Below, piece after piece: positions 35,471 through 42,128 of a stretch of 45,255 bases of DNA. Position numbers and translations under genes: made by a program. Below the pieces are notes generated by a model, which saw nothing but the letters and a program-made list of their open reading frames with translations, searched no databases and was not told the DNA's origin. Origin of the DNA: a virus; the IMG/VR virus record IMGVR_UViG_3300028588_000003, positions 1-45,255 of that record; one strand, 5' to 3'. How positions within the stretch are numbered: position 1 is the stretch's first letter; every line of letters starts with the position of its first letter.

Positions 35471-35740
35471 CTAGAATGGTAATTCTGGCTCGCTTGGTTC
35501 AGGTAGCGTCGACCATTCCACTTCATCCAGGGCTAAAAGCGCAAATAGATACGCGTCTGCTTCAAATTGAGCCTTCGCCTGAACCCCTTTTAGTGAAGTT
35601 TCATTGCGCGCTACCAGCATCACAGGAAGGGCTAATTGCATTTGCAAGCGCACGATCAGCTGGTCGTCATGCAGCTGACCTCCCTCTACCAAAACAACCG
35701 CCATTCGAACCCCGCGAAGGCGCAATACGGAATAACGCAT
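35471..35740 (-). CDS. Small protein abutting the cI stop codon (89 aa), acidic C-terminus ...PEPSEPELPF
   Basis: ATG 35740-35738 abuts the cI stop codon (35743-35741). Same strand as cI and the lipoprotein gene. Confidence 0.55.
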   Translation of the reverse strand: MRYSVLRLRGVRMAVVLVEGGQLHDDQLIVRLQMQLALPVMLVARNETSLKGVQAKAQFEADAYLFALLALDEVEWSTLPEPSEPELPF

Positions 35741-36475
35741 CTACAGACGTTCGCTTTCTTTCCGCACAATCCGCCCGATTACGATGCAGGCCTCGCCACG
35801 GCAGGTCTTACGCCCATACTTTCGCTGATCGTGATTATCCGACTTCAGATACCACTGGCCGCCGTCACGCTCCAGACGCTTTACGACCGGCTCACCCTCG
35901 TAGTTGACGGCGTACACGTAGCCGTCGACCATCTTTTTGTCGGCCGTATTGATAACGACCAGGTCGCCTTCGTATAACGTCGGCTCCATGCTCTCGCCCT
36001 TCACTACGATCGAGATCAGGTTGTCCTTGTAGTAGCCGTTTCGCATCATCCAGTCGGCTGGGACTGTCGTCGTCGATCCGTCATACCGCTCAGGCTCGAC
36101 TTCGAACCCGCTGATGCCGGCCGAGAGCCGCAATCGCACTTTCGGAATGCGCACAAGGCTCGGATCGTCGTCATCGACAACGCGGACCTTGCGGAACGTA
36201 CCTGGCGGCAGCCCGAAGTTACCATCTGGTCCAGGATCTGCTGGCGGGGGCGGCGGCGCCTCCTCGCCATGCAGTAGCCACCCTGGCGTTACGTCGAGCA
36301 CCTGGCATACCTTCGTCAGGTTGATGCCCGAAAGCTCCTTGATGCCGCCATCCCCAACGCTCTTCTCCCAGTCGGTAACCGTCGGGTTCGAGACGCCGAT
36401 AGCTTTCGCGAATCCGGTCTTGTTCAGGCCTTTGTCGAGGCGTGCCGACTTCAATCTTTGTTTCCATTCTTCCAT
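35741..36475 (-). CDS. cI: cI/LexA-type repressor (XRE HTH + S24 peptidase domain)
   Basis: HTH segment LNKTGFAKAIGVSNPTVTDWEKS. S24 Ser and Lys in VKGESMEPTLYEGDLVV and EPVVKRLERDGG. Divergent from the cro-like gene across the operator region. Confidence 0.88.
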   Translation of the reverse strand: MEEWKQRLKSARLDKGLNKTGFAKAIGVSNPTVTDWEKSVGDGGIKELSGINLTKVCQVLDVTPGWLLHGEEAPPPPPADPGPDGNFGLPPGTFRKVRVVDDDDPSLVRIPKVRLRLSAGISGFEVEPERYDGSTTTVPADWMMRNGYYKDNLISIVVKGESMEPTLYEGDLVVINTADKKMVDGYVYAVNYEGEPVVKRLERDGGQWYLKSDNHDQRKYGRKTCRGEACIVIGRIVRKESERL

Positions 36476-36488
36476 TAGGTAATCCTAA
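36475..36488. promoter_or_regulatory. Operator OR-a, TTAGGTAATCCTAA
   Basis: Perfect TTAGG-N4-CCTAA dyad whose first base (36475) is the first base of the cI ATG. Confidence 0.6.
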
Positions 36489-36499
36489 TACATTCGCTC

Positions 36500-36513
36500 T
36501 TCGGCATACCTAA
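36500..36513. promoter_or_regulatory. Operator OR-b, TTCGGCATACCTAA (one arm mismatch)
   Basis: 13/14 match to OL-a. Confidence 0.55.
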
Positions 36514-36520
36514 AAATACC

Positions 36521-36549
36521 TTGCGTTTGATCTTAGGCATGCCTAAAAT
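36521..36549 (+). promoter_or_regulatory. PR-like early rightward promoter (TTGCGT-17-TAAAAT)
   Basis: TTGCGT at 36521-36526, a 17-nt spacer, TAAAAT at 36544-36549. Same architecture as the PL-like promoter. Confidence 0.65.
36533..36546. promoter_or_regulatory. Operator OR-c, TTAGGCATGCCTAA (perfect 14-bp palindrome)
   Basis: Overlaps the spacer and -10 of the PR-like promoter. Confidence 0.7.
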
Positions 36550-36556
36550 GCGAACT

Positions 36557-36763
36557 ATGAATACTCCAGACCCCAACACCATCATCGACCGAATCGGAGG
36601 CACCTCCGAGACTGCTCGCCTGTGTGAAGTGAAGCCGCCCTCGGTCTCGGAGTGGCGTAGGACGGGCATCCCAAAGGCGCAGCTCAAGTTCTTGAAACTG
36701 GCGCGTCCTGAAGTATTCGACGCCGACGAGACCGGCGATCCGCCGGCGCCATCCCCTTCCTGA
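36557..36763 (+). CDS. cro: Cro-like HTH regulator
   Basis: IIDRIGGTSETARLCEVKPPSVSEWRRTGIPKAQL fits the Cro/YdaS pattern. ATG 36557 lies ~7 nt after the -10. The upstream in-frame ATGs (36521, 36539, 36548) lie within or upstream of the promoter -10. Confidence 0.7.
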   Translation: MNTPDPNTIIDRIGGTSETARLCEVKPPSVSEWRRTGIPKAQLKFLKLARPEVFDADETGDPPAPSPS

Positions 36764-36915
36764 TCACTCCTACGTCGAATGCGCGCTGAGACGCGCCAAC
36801 CACTGCCGGCAAGGCGGTCGGCCTTCACAACGTCCATGGAGCAAGTCGAATTTCCCATGCTCGCATTGTCCCGCCCTAAAAGTTTCCCCGCCTCATTTGT
36901 TTCAAGGAAAACCAC

Positions 36916-37383
36916 ATGAACTACAAAGACGCCTTCCACAGAACCGTGCACCACACCCCTGGCGGCTGCGAGGCGCTTGCCGTGCGCATGGGCTACACGG
37001 CCGGCCTGCTGCGCAACAAGGCGAACCCGAACAGCTCGACCAACGTGCTGACCATGGACGACGCCTCCCGCGTGATGGAGATCACCGGCGATTACGAGGT
37101 GCTGCACGCCCTGGCGCGCGAGCACGGCTTCGTGTGCACGAGGATTGATGAGCAGCCTGCGGGCGACATGTCGGTGCTGGAGTCGACCACCGACATCTGG
37201 GAATGCCTGGGCGACCTGGGCACGGAGGTGAAGAAGGCCTTGGCCGACGGCCGTATCGAGCAGCACGAGGTCGACGCGATTCAGGCGGCCGCCTTCGTGA
37301 TGTTCCGCCCGGTGATGCAGTTGGTCGCGCGCGTGAGCAGCATGGCTGAGCCGGTGCCGGCGGCGAAGAAAGCGAGGAAGTGA
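36916..37383 (+). CDS. CII-like (CP76-type) phage regulatory protein candidate
   Basis: Second gene of the rightward operon. ...LAVRMGYTAGLLRNKANPNSSTNVLTMDDASRVMEITGDYEVLHALA pattern. AAGGAAAA RBS. Confidence 0.5.
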   Translation: MNYKDAFHRTVHHTPGGCEALAVRMGYTAGLLRNKANPNSSTNVLTMDDASRVMEITGDYEVLHALAREHGFVCTRIDEQPAGDMSVLESTTDIWECLGDLGTEVKKALADGRIEQHEVDAIQAAAFVMFRPVMQLVARVSSMAEPVPAAKKARK

Positions 37384-37385
37384 TC

Positions 37386-37583
37386 ATGGACGGCTCGATC
37401 ATTGCAGTTCCGCGCTCCGCGATCGAGGCGAAAGCCCGGGCCGCGCACGCGCACGGCGTCAAGCGCGACGGCCACAACTTCAACTGGCACAGCACCGCCG
37501 CCATCGATGTCTGGCAAGCCGAATGGGATCGCTGCGAGGCTGAGGCCCACCAGCAGCTGATCGCCGAGTTGGCGGGGGCGTAG
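37386..37583 (+). CDS. Hypothetical protein (65 aa)
   Basis: GAGGAAG RBS before ATG 37386. Confidence 0.5.
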   Translation: MDGSIIAVPRSAIEAKARAAHAHGVKRDGHNFNWHSTAAIDVWQAEWDRCEAEAHQQLIAELAGA

Positions 37584-37586
37584 GCC

Positions 37587-38465
37587 ATGACCGTGATCGC
37601 CGATATTCAGACGGCGCCGGCGCGCCCGGTGCTGCGCTACCACGGGGGCAAGTTCCGCCTGGCGCCGTGGGTCATCAAGCACTTCCCGCCGCACCGCTGC
37701 TACGTCGAGCCTTTCGGCGGCGCCGCCGGCGTGCTGGTGCAGAAGGACCGCGCCTACGCCGAGGTGTACAACGACCTGGACGGCGACATCGTCAACGTGT
37801 TCCGCGTGCTGCGCGATCGCGTGCAGTGCGAATTGCTGATTGCCCAGCTGCTGCTCACACCGTATGCCCGCGATGAGTTCGACGCCGCCTACGAGCCGAC
37901 CGAGGATCCAGTCGAGCGCGCCCGGCGCACCCTGGTGCGCGCAGAGATGGGTTTTGGTTCCGCCGGCGCCACGAAGGGCACGACCGGCTTCCGCATCGAC
38001 ACCCGGCGCAAGCACGGCACGGCGCAGCAGCTCTGGGCCCGCTTCCCTGAATCGCTCGCTCGAGTATGCGCGCGCCTGTCGGGTGTGATGATCGAGAACC
38101 GCCCTGCCTCGACCATCATCGATCAGCACGACGCCGAGGACACCCTGTTCTACGTCGACCCACCCTACGTGATGGATACCCGCAACGTCGGGGCGCGCCA
38201 CGGCCGCTATTACGACTGCGAGATGAAGGACGCCGACCACGTTCAGCTGCTGGAGCAGCTGCGCCAGGTGAAAGGCATGGTCGTGCTGAGCGGCTACTCG
38301 AGCGCGATGTACCTTGGCGCGCTGCAGGGCTGGGCCATGGCAACCACGGAAGCTCGAATCTCGGCGGCGCGCGGCACTGCCATGCGTACGGAATGCCTCT
38401 GGCTGAACCCGGCCGCGTCGCATGCGCTGAACCGCACGGGCCTGTTTGGACAGGTGGATCCATGA
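37587..38465 (+). CDS. dam: DNA N6-adenine methyltransferase, Dam (D12) class
   Basis: LRYHGGKFRLAPWVI, EPFGGAAGV (AdoMet site), FYVDPPY (DPPY catalytic motif). Confidence 0.85.
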   Translation: MTVIADIQTAPARPVLRYHGGKFRLAPWVIKHFPPHRCYVEPFGGAAGVLVQKDRAYAEVYNDLDGDIVNVFRVLRDRVQCELLIAQLLLTPYARDEFDAAYEPTEDPVERARRTLVRAEMGFGSAGATKGTTGFRIDTRRKHGTAQQLWARFPESLARVCARLSGVMIENRPASTIIDQHDAEDTLFYVDPPYVMDTRNVGARHGRYYDCEMKDADHVQLLEQLRQVKGMVVLSGYSSAMYLGALQGWAMATTEARISAARGTAMRTECLWLNPAASHALNRTGLFGQVDP

Positions 38466-39376
38466 ACTTCTACAAGCGCCACATCGGCGACTACATCAAG
38501 AAGGCCGGCCACCTGACGCTGCTCGAGCACGGCATCTACGCGCGCCTCATGGACGTCTACTACACGCGTGAGGCCGGCATCCCCGAGGATAAGGCTGCGC
38601 GCCTCATTGGCGCCAGGTCGAAGGACGAGCTGCAGGCGCTCACCAACGTGCTGGACGAGTTCTTCACGCTGGTCGACGGCACCTGGACGCAGAACCGCTG
38701 CGAGGAGGAAATCAGCAACGCCAGCGAGAAAGCGGAGAAGAACCGAACGAACGGCGCCAAGGGCGGACGACCGAGGAAAGTAGCAACCGAACAACAACCC
38801 AACGGAAACCCAAACGGTTTCGATTCTGGAAACCATGTGGGTTTTGAAAATAACCTTAGCCAGACTCCAGACTCCAGACTCCAGACAAAAGACCTTAGCG
38901 GCGGCGGCTCTCCTCAACCGAAGTCGGGCGAGGACGAAGACCGGCTTCCTGCTCGACCAACCACGGCCAGCGCCAGCATCCAACCCGGGCAGCGCGCCAT
39001 CGCGATCGCCACCCTGCTGACCGGCGCCGGCGTGCGCAAGGTAACCGCGTTCCACCCCGCCGTCGCCGTGACCTGGGCCCAGGACGAGCGCGTGACCGAC
39101 GAGCTGCTGCTGGCCGCCGTTGCTCGAGCGAAGGAATCGCTGGGCGACGAGCCCTTCCAGGTTCCGTACCTGAGCCCGATCGTGGTCGAGCTGCTGAACC
39201 CGCCAGCGCCGAAGCCCGCGAAGGTCGACACCCGGTCATGGAGGCGCACGCCAGCAGGTATCGAAGCCAAGGGCCGCGAGCTACGCATGTTCGCCCGTGG
39301 CGGAGAGTCACACGACGCCTTCGCCGCCCGCATCGAAGCTGAGATCGAGAAACGTCAGGGAGGAAAAGCAGCATGA
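38462..39376 (+). CDS. DUF1376 (YdaU-like) replication-associated protein
   Basis: The N-terminus MNFYKRHIGDYIKKAGHLTLLEHGIYARLMDVYYTRE is a characteristic DUF1376 start. ATGA overlap with dam. Confidence 0.75.
   Translation: MNFYKRHIGDYIKKAGHLTLLEHGIYARLMDVYYTREAGIPEDKAARLIGARSKDELQALTNVLDEFFTLVDGTWTQNRCEEEISNASEKAEKNRTNGAKGGRPRKVATEQQPNGNPNGFDSGNHVGFENNLSQTPDSRLQTKDLSGGGSPQPKSGEDEDRLPARPTTASASIQPGQRAIAIATLLTGAGVRKVTAFHPAVAVTWAQDERVTDELLLAAVARAKESLGDEPFQVPYLSPIVVELLNPPAPKPAKVDTRSWRRTPAGIEAKGRELRMFARGGESHDAFAARIEAEIEKRQGGKAA
38853..38899. repeat. Heptamer tandem repeat (CCAGACT x3.9) bracketed by ACCTTAGC direct repeats; candidate origin iterons
   Basis: CCAGACT at 38860, 38867 and 38874, plus partial CCAGAC at 38881. 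ACCTTAGC at 38853 and 38892. An AT-richer stretch lies just upstream. Confidence 0.45.
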
Positions 39377-39873
39377 CCCACACCCATGAAGACCGCATCG
39401 CCGACCGACCGCAGCACCTGTGCGCCGCCTACGGCTGCCCGCTGATCGGCTCGATGTCGAGCAGCACCTCCGGCAGCACCGACTGGTGGTGCTTCGCCCA
39501 CTTCGGCGTCAACGGTCCGCAGTTGCAGGCCATCACGTCCGAGCTGCACAGCCTCGAATGGCTGGCCCAGGCCGTGCACGACGTGCGCTTCCACGACAAG
39601 CCCGGCACCGAGGTGTCGCGTCGGGCGTTCGCGATCATCGAGCACCAGCTGGCCCTGCACCATCGCACAGACCTGCTCTGGACGCGGCCAAGCGCCGACG
39701 GCACCGTGCCCGGCGAGAAACGCTACCGCTGGCTCGAGCGGCTGGAGAACGCGCTCAAGGCGATGCTCGACGCCGCCGGCGTGCTGAACCCGAGCAGCTA
39801 CCAGGCCACGCTTCCGATCGGCGGCGGCGCACCCGGGACGTTCGACAAGGTCGGCTTCGACATGCCGATGTAG
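39373..39873 (+). CDS. Hypothetical protein (166 aa)
   Basis: ATGA-coupled to the replication gene. High GC3. Confidence 0.6.
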   Translation: MTHTHEDRIADRPQHLCAAYGCPLIGSMSSSTSGSTDWWCFAHFGVNGPQLQAITSELHSLEWLAQAVHDVRFHDKPGTEVSRRAFAIIEHQLALHHRTDLLWTRPSADGTVPGEKRYRWLERLENALKAMLDAAGVLNPSSYQATLPIGGGAPGTFDKVGFDMPM

Positions 39874-39904
39874 CACCAACCACAACAACGATACGGAGAA
39901 CCCC

Positions 39905-40108
39905 ATGGAACGAATTACCGAATCACGGAATCAGCGCGAAGGCCACTTCGCCGGCAAGGTTTGGCGCTACAACGTCTCGCTCGGCCGCGGAAAGTCGCGC
40001 CGCGTCCGCGCTGGCCAGGATGGTCACAACGGAAGCCTGCGCGAGCGCATCCCTCCAGGCGGCTGGTACGGCGACCCTCTCGGCGGCGGATGGGGAGAAG
40101 AGGAATGA
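39905..40108 (+). CDS. Hypothetical protein (67 aa)
   Basis: GGAGAA RBS. ATGA overlap with the downstream RuvC-like gene. Confidence 0.5.
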   Translation: MERITESRNQREGHFAGKVWRYNVSLGRGKSRRVRAGQDGHNGSLRERIPPGGWYGDPLGGGWGEEE

Positions 40109-40590
40109 TCATCATCGCCATCGACATCGGCACCCAAACCGGCTGGGCCCGCAGCTCGCGCGCCGGCAGCATCGCCAGCGGCAGTCAGAACTTTGCTGCC
40201 GGACGCATGGAGAAGCCCGGCCACCGCTGGCTCAAGTTCCGCGCCTTCCTCAACGACCAGCGCGCCCAGGCCGGCAACGACATCGGCGCTGTCTACTACG
40301 AGGACGTGAAACAGCACGCCGGCACCCTGGCCGCCCACGTCTACGGCGGCTTCCTCGCCTGCCTCGAAATGTGGTGCGCATCGAACAACGTCCCGCTGCG
40401 CCCGGTCGGCGTCGGCCAGGTCAAGAAGCACTGGACCGGAAAGGGCAATGCGGACAAGGCCGCCATGTGCGAAACGGCGCGTGCCAAGGGCTTCCGGCCG
40501 AAGGACAACAACGAGGCGGATGCGCTGGCGATCCTGTCGCTGGCGCAGTACCAGGAAGGCGTCGCATCGCCGGTAGCGGAGGCAGCGTGA
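40105..40590 (+). CDS. ruvC: RuvC-like Holliday junction resolvase
   Basis: MIIIAIDIGTQTGWA (first catalytic Asp) and NNEADALAILSLA (C-terminal acidic motif). Confidence 0.8.
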   Translation: MIIIAIDIGTQTGWARSSRAGSIASGSQNFAAGRMEKPGHRWLKFRAFLNDQRAQAGNDIGAVYYEDVKQHAGTLAAHVYGGFLACLEMWCASNNVPLRPVGVGQVKKHWTGKGNADKAAMCETARAKGFRPKDNNEADALAILSLAQYQEGVASPVAEAA

Positions 40591-40697
40591 CCGCCCTCGC
40601 CCTCTGGCTCGCGCTCTCCCCGGTGGTCGGCCTGGTGGCCGGCTGCTGCATCCGTGCCGGCATGGTCGACCACGAACTGGAGGAGGCTGCACCTTGA
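40587..40697 (+). CDS. Small hydrophobic peptide (36 aa), tentative
   Basis: GTG overlaps the RuvC stop, preceded by GGAGG. The sequence TALALWLALSPVVGLVAGCCI is TM-like. Confidence 0.35.
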   Translation: MTALALWLALSPVVGLVAGCCIRAGMVDHELEEAAP

Positions 40698-41080
40698 CCG
40701 ACCGCCGTACCTACGACATCGGCTCCAGGCTTGAGAATTGGGCCAGGTGCTACCGCACGCAACGCCCGATCGAGGTCAGTCCGACCGGGAAGTTCTGCGA
40801 CCAGCTGCGGCGCGAGAAGGAGGGTGATAGTGCAACAGGCGAGCGTCGCAAGCCGGACGAGGTCGACGCCAGGGTGATCGAAGACGCGATGCGGCACATC
40901 ACCGACCGCGAGCGGAAGATGCTGGTCTACTGCTACATCGAGGGATATCGACCTGAGAAGGTCTGCCGTCTGCTTGGGCTCTCGCCCTACCCTGCACTCG
41001 TCTTCATCAACGCCTTCCGCCAGGCGCAGGCCGCAGTCGAGGCTGTGTCGAAATGCGACGAAAATTTCCACGATGCATAA
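40694..41080 (+). CDS. Q-like late-gene antiterminator (Phage_antitermQ-type pattern)
   Basis: RLENWARCYR near the N-terminus, and DARVIEDAMRHITDRERKMLVYCYIEGYRPEKVCRLLGLS (sigma-region-4-like HTH). TTG start with AGGAGG 7 nt upstream. Sits just before a promoter plus terminator unit. Confidence 0.65.
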   Translation: MTDRRTYDIGSRLENWARCYRTQRPIEVSPTGKFCDQLRREKEGDSATGERRKPDEVDARVIEDAMRHITDRERKMLVYCYIEGYRPEKVCRLLGLSPYPALVFINAFRQAQAAVEAVSKCDENFHDA

Positions 41081-41087
41081 AAATTTC

Positions 41088-41116
41088 TTGACCACAGGAA
41101 AACTCAGCAGTACATT
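41088..41116 (+). promoter_or_regulatory. Late promoter candidate (TTGACC-17-TACATT), with a -10-like TACAAC repeat at 41124-41129
   Basis: Sigma70-like hexamers with a 17-nt spacer directly downstream of the Q-like gene, followed by a -10-like element in the initially transcribed region. Confidence 0.6.
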
Positions 41117-41194
41117 CGCAACCTACAACTTGATTCCGCCCAGAAATGGTGTGTGTATAGGTTCCCTGCAGGGAGCCCCTCGCACGACCAGATG

Positions 41195-41228
41195 AAAGCC
41201 CGCTCCGAAAGGTCAGCGGGCTTTTTTG
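41195..41228 (+). terminator. Strong intrinsic terminator (tR'-like)
   Basis: 10-bp perfect stem AAAGCCCGCT/AGCGGGCTTT, 10-nt loop, T6 tract. Confidence 0.8.
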
Positions 41229-41361
41229 CATTCTGGCGTCCACGAACGTATGGAGGCGATCATGTGAACGAACCCGCGACCGAAGCGCAGCGCATCGGCA
41301 CCGCTGCACCCCGCGCCATATCGTCGCTGTCAGCACCCTGCCTCATGGGAGCTTCGCGCCT

Positions 41362-41445
41362 CACCGGCGTAACCGGTGGCCACAACGAAAGCCGACTGGC
41401 TACTGGGGGTTCCTGGTAGAGCGCACCAGTCGGCTCCCGTGTGGC
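41362..41445 (+). ncRNA. Structured RNA element candidate in the late-operon leader
   Basis: Hairpin CACCGG-cgtaa-CCGGTG (41362-41378). Then a compound stem: GCCACA (41379-84) and AGCCGACTGG (41390-99) pair with CCAGTCGGCT (41426-35) and TGTGGC (41440-45). No convincing CDS. Confidence 0.4.
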
Positions 41446-41486
41446 AAATCCCTGGTGTCTCCAATGCCGCTTGAACAACGGCATCT

Positions 41487-41523
41487 TCGCCCTGGCCTGC
41501 TTTGCAGTGCCCGGGCTTTTTTA
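41487..41523 (+). terminator. Second intrinsic terminator-like element before the first late ORF
   Basis: GC-rich dyads (GGCCTGC-ttt-GCAGtGCC; GCCCGGGC) followed by TTTTTT (41517-41522). Confidence 0.5.
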
Positions 41524-41535
41524 TTCGAGGTCCGC

Positions 41536-41697
41536 ATGGCTACGCTCAGCATCACCCTGCAGGTGCACCACCGCTGGTGGTTCGGCCCGGCCCTCAAGCT
41601 GCTGCTGCTCGTGCACCAGGTCACGGGCTGGGCGCCCAGCACCAACACCATCCGCCGGCTGACAAACCTGGGCGTGCGCTGCACGGTCAGGCCATGA
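41536..41697 (+). CDS. Small hydrophobic protein (53 aa)
   Basis: GAGG RBS 5 nt before ATG 41536. Confidence 0.45.
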   Translation: MATLSITLQVHHRWWFGPALKLLLLVHQVTGWAPSTNTIRRLTNLGVRCTVRP

Positions 41698-41924
41698 CGG
41701 ACGAAGCCCAGATCTACCGTGGGCTGCTGGTGCGCGCCATCAGCGGCCAGCGCCCAGCCATGGCCGTAGCAGTGGCCGATCCGGACAGGCTGGAGCAGCT
41801 GTGTGAAGTGCTGGCCCGCGCCGAGCGCGTCGCCGAGCTGCTGCACGTGCGCGGCTTCGGGCCGCGTGGGATGGACATCGAGCAGGTGGTGGCCCAGCTG
41901 CTGGGGTGCGAGGAGTCGAGCTGA
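41694..41924 (+). CDS. Hypothetical protein (76 aa)
   Basis: ATGA overlap with the upstream ORF. High GC3. Confidence 0.5.
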   Translation: MTDEAQIYRGLLVRAISGQRPAMAVAVADPDRLEQLCEVLARAERVAELLHVRGFGPRGMDIEQVVAQLLGCEESS

Positions 41925-42118
41925 TGGCCTACTGCACCTACTGCGGCAAGGCCCATCCGTATTCGCTCTGTCCGCACACGTATGGCGGCAGCTCGGCGCG
42001 GGTCAACCTGCGCTGCACCTACTGCGGCAGCAATAAGCACACCGAGACGTACTGCCTGAGCACGGCAAGCGGCGCCGGTAACCGCCGTCGCAATCCGAAT
42101 GGCGAGTTTCTGGACTGA
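41924..42118 (+). CDS. Double CCHC zinc-knuckle protein (64 aa)
   Basis: CTYCGKAHPYSLC (CX2CX3HX4C) and CTYCGSNKHTETYC (CX2CX4HX4C). Confidence 0.6.
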   Translation: MAYCTYCGKAHPYSLCPHTYGGSSARVNLRCTYCGSNKHTETYCLSTASGAGNRRRNPNGEFLD

Positions 42119-42128
42119 TGGAGCACGA

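Noticed and set aside
41163-41174. Perfect 12-bp palindrome TCCCTGCAGGGA in the late leader, considered as a possible protein-binding site.
   Set aside because: It is a single occurrence with no partner sites. It could equally be a chance palindrome or part of an RNA stem, so there is not enough support for a call.
41153-41419. 88-aa plus ORF, and a 52-codon GTG-initiated sub-ORF, in the late leader. A 74-aa minus ORF at 41260-41484 was also seen.
   Set aside because: The products are not protein-like. The region is dominated by stable hairpins and sits between two terminators. It is treated as a non-coding leader, although the SD-ATG-TGA unit is noted in the findings.
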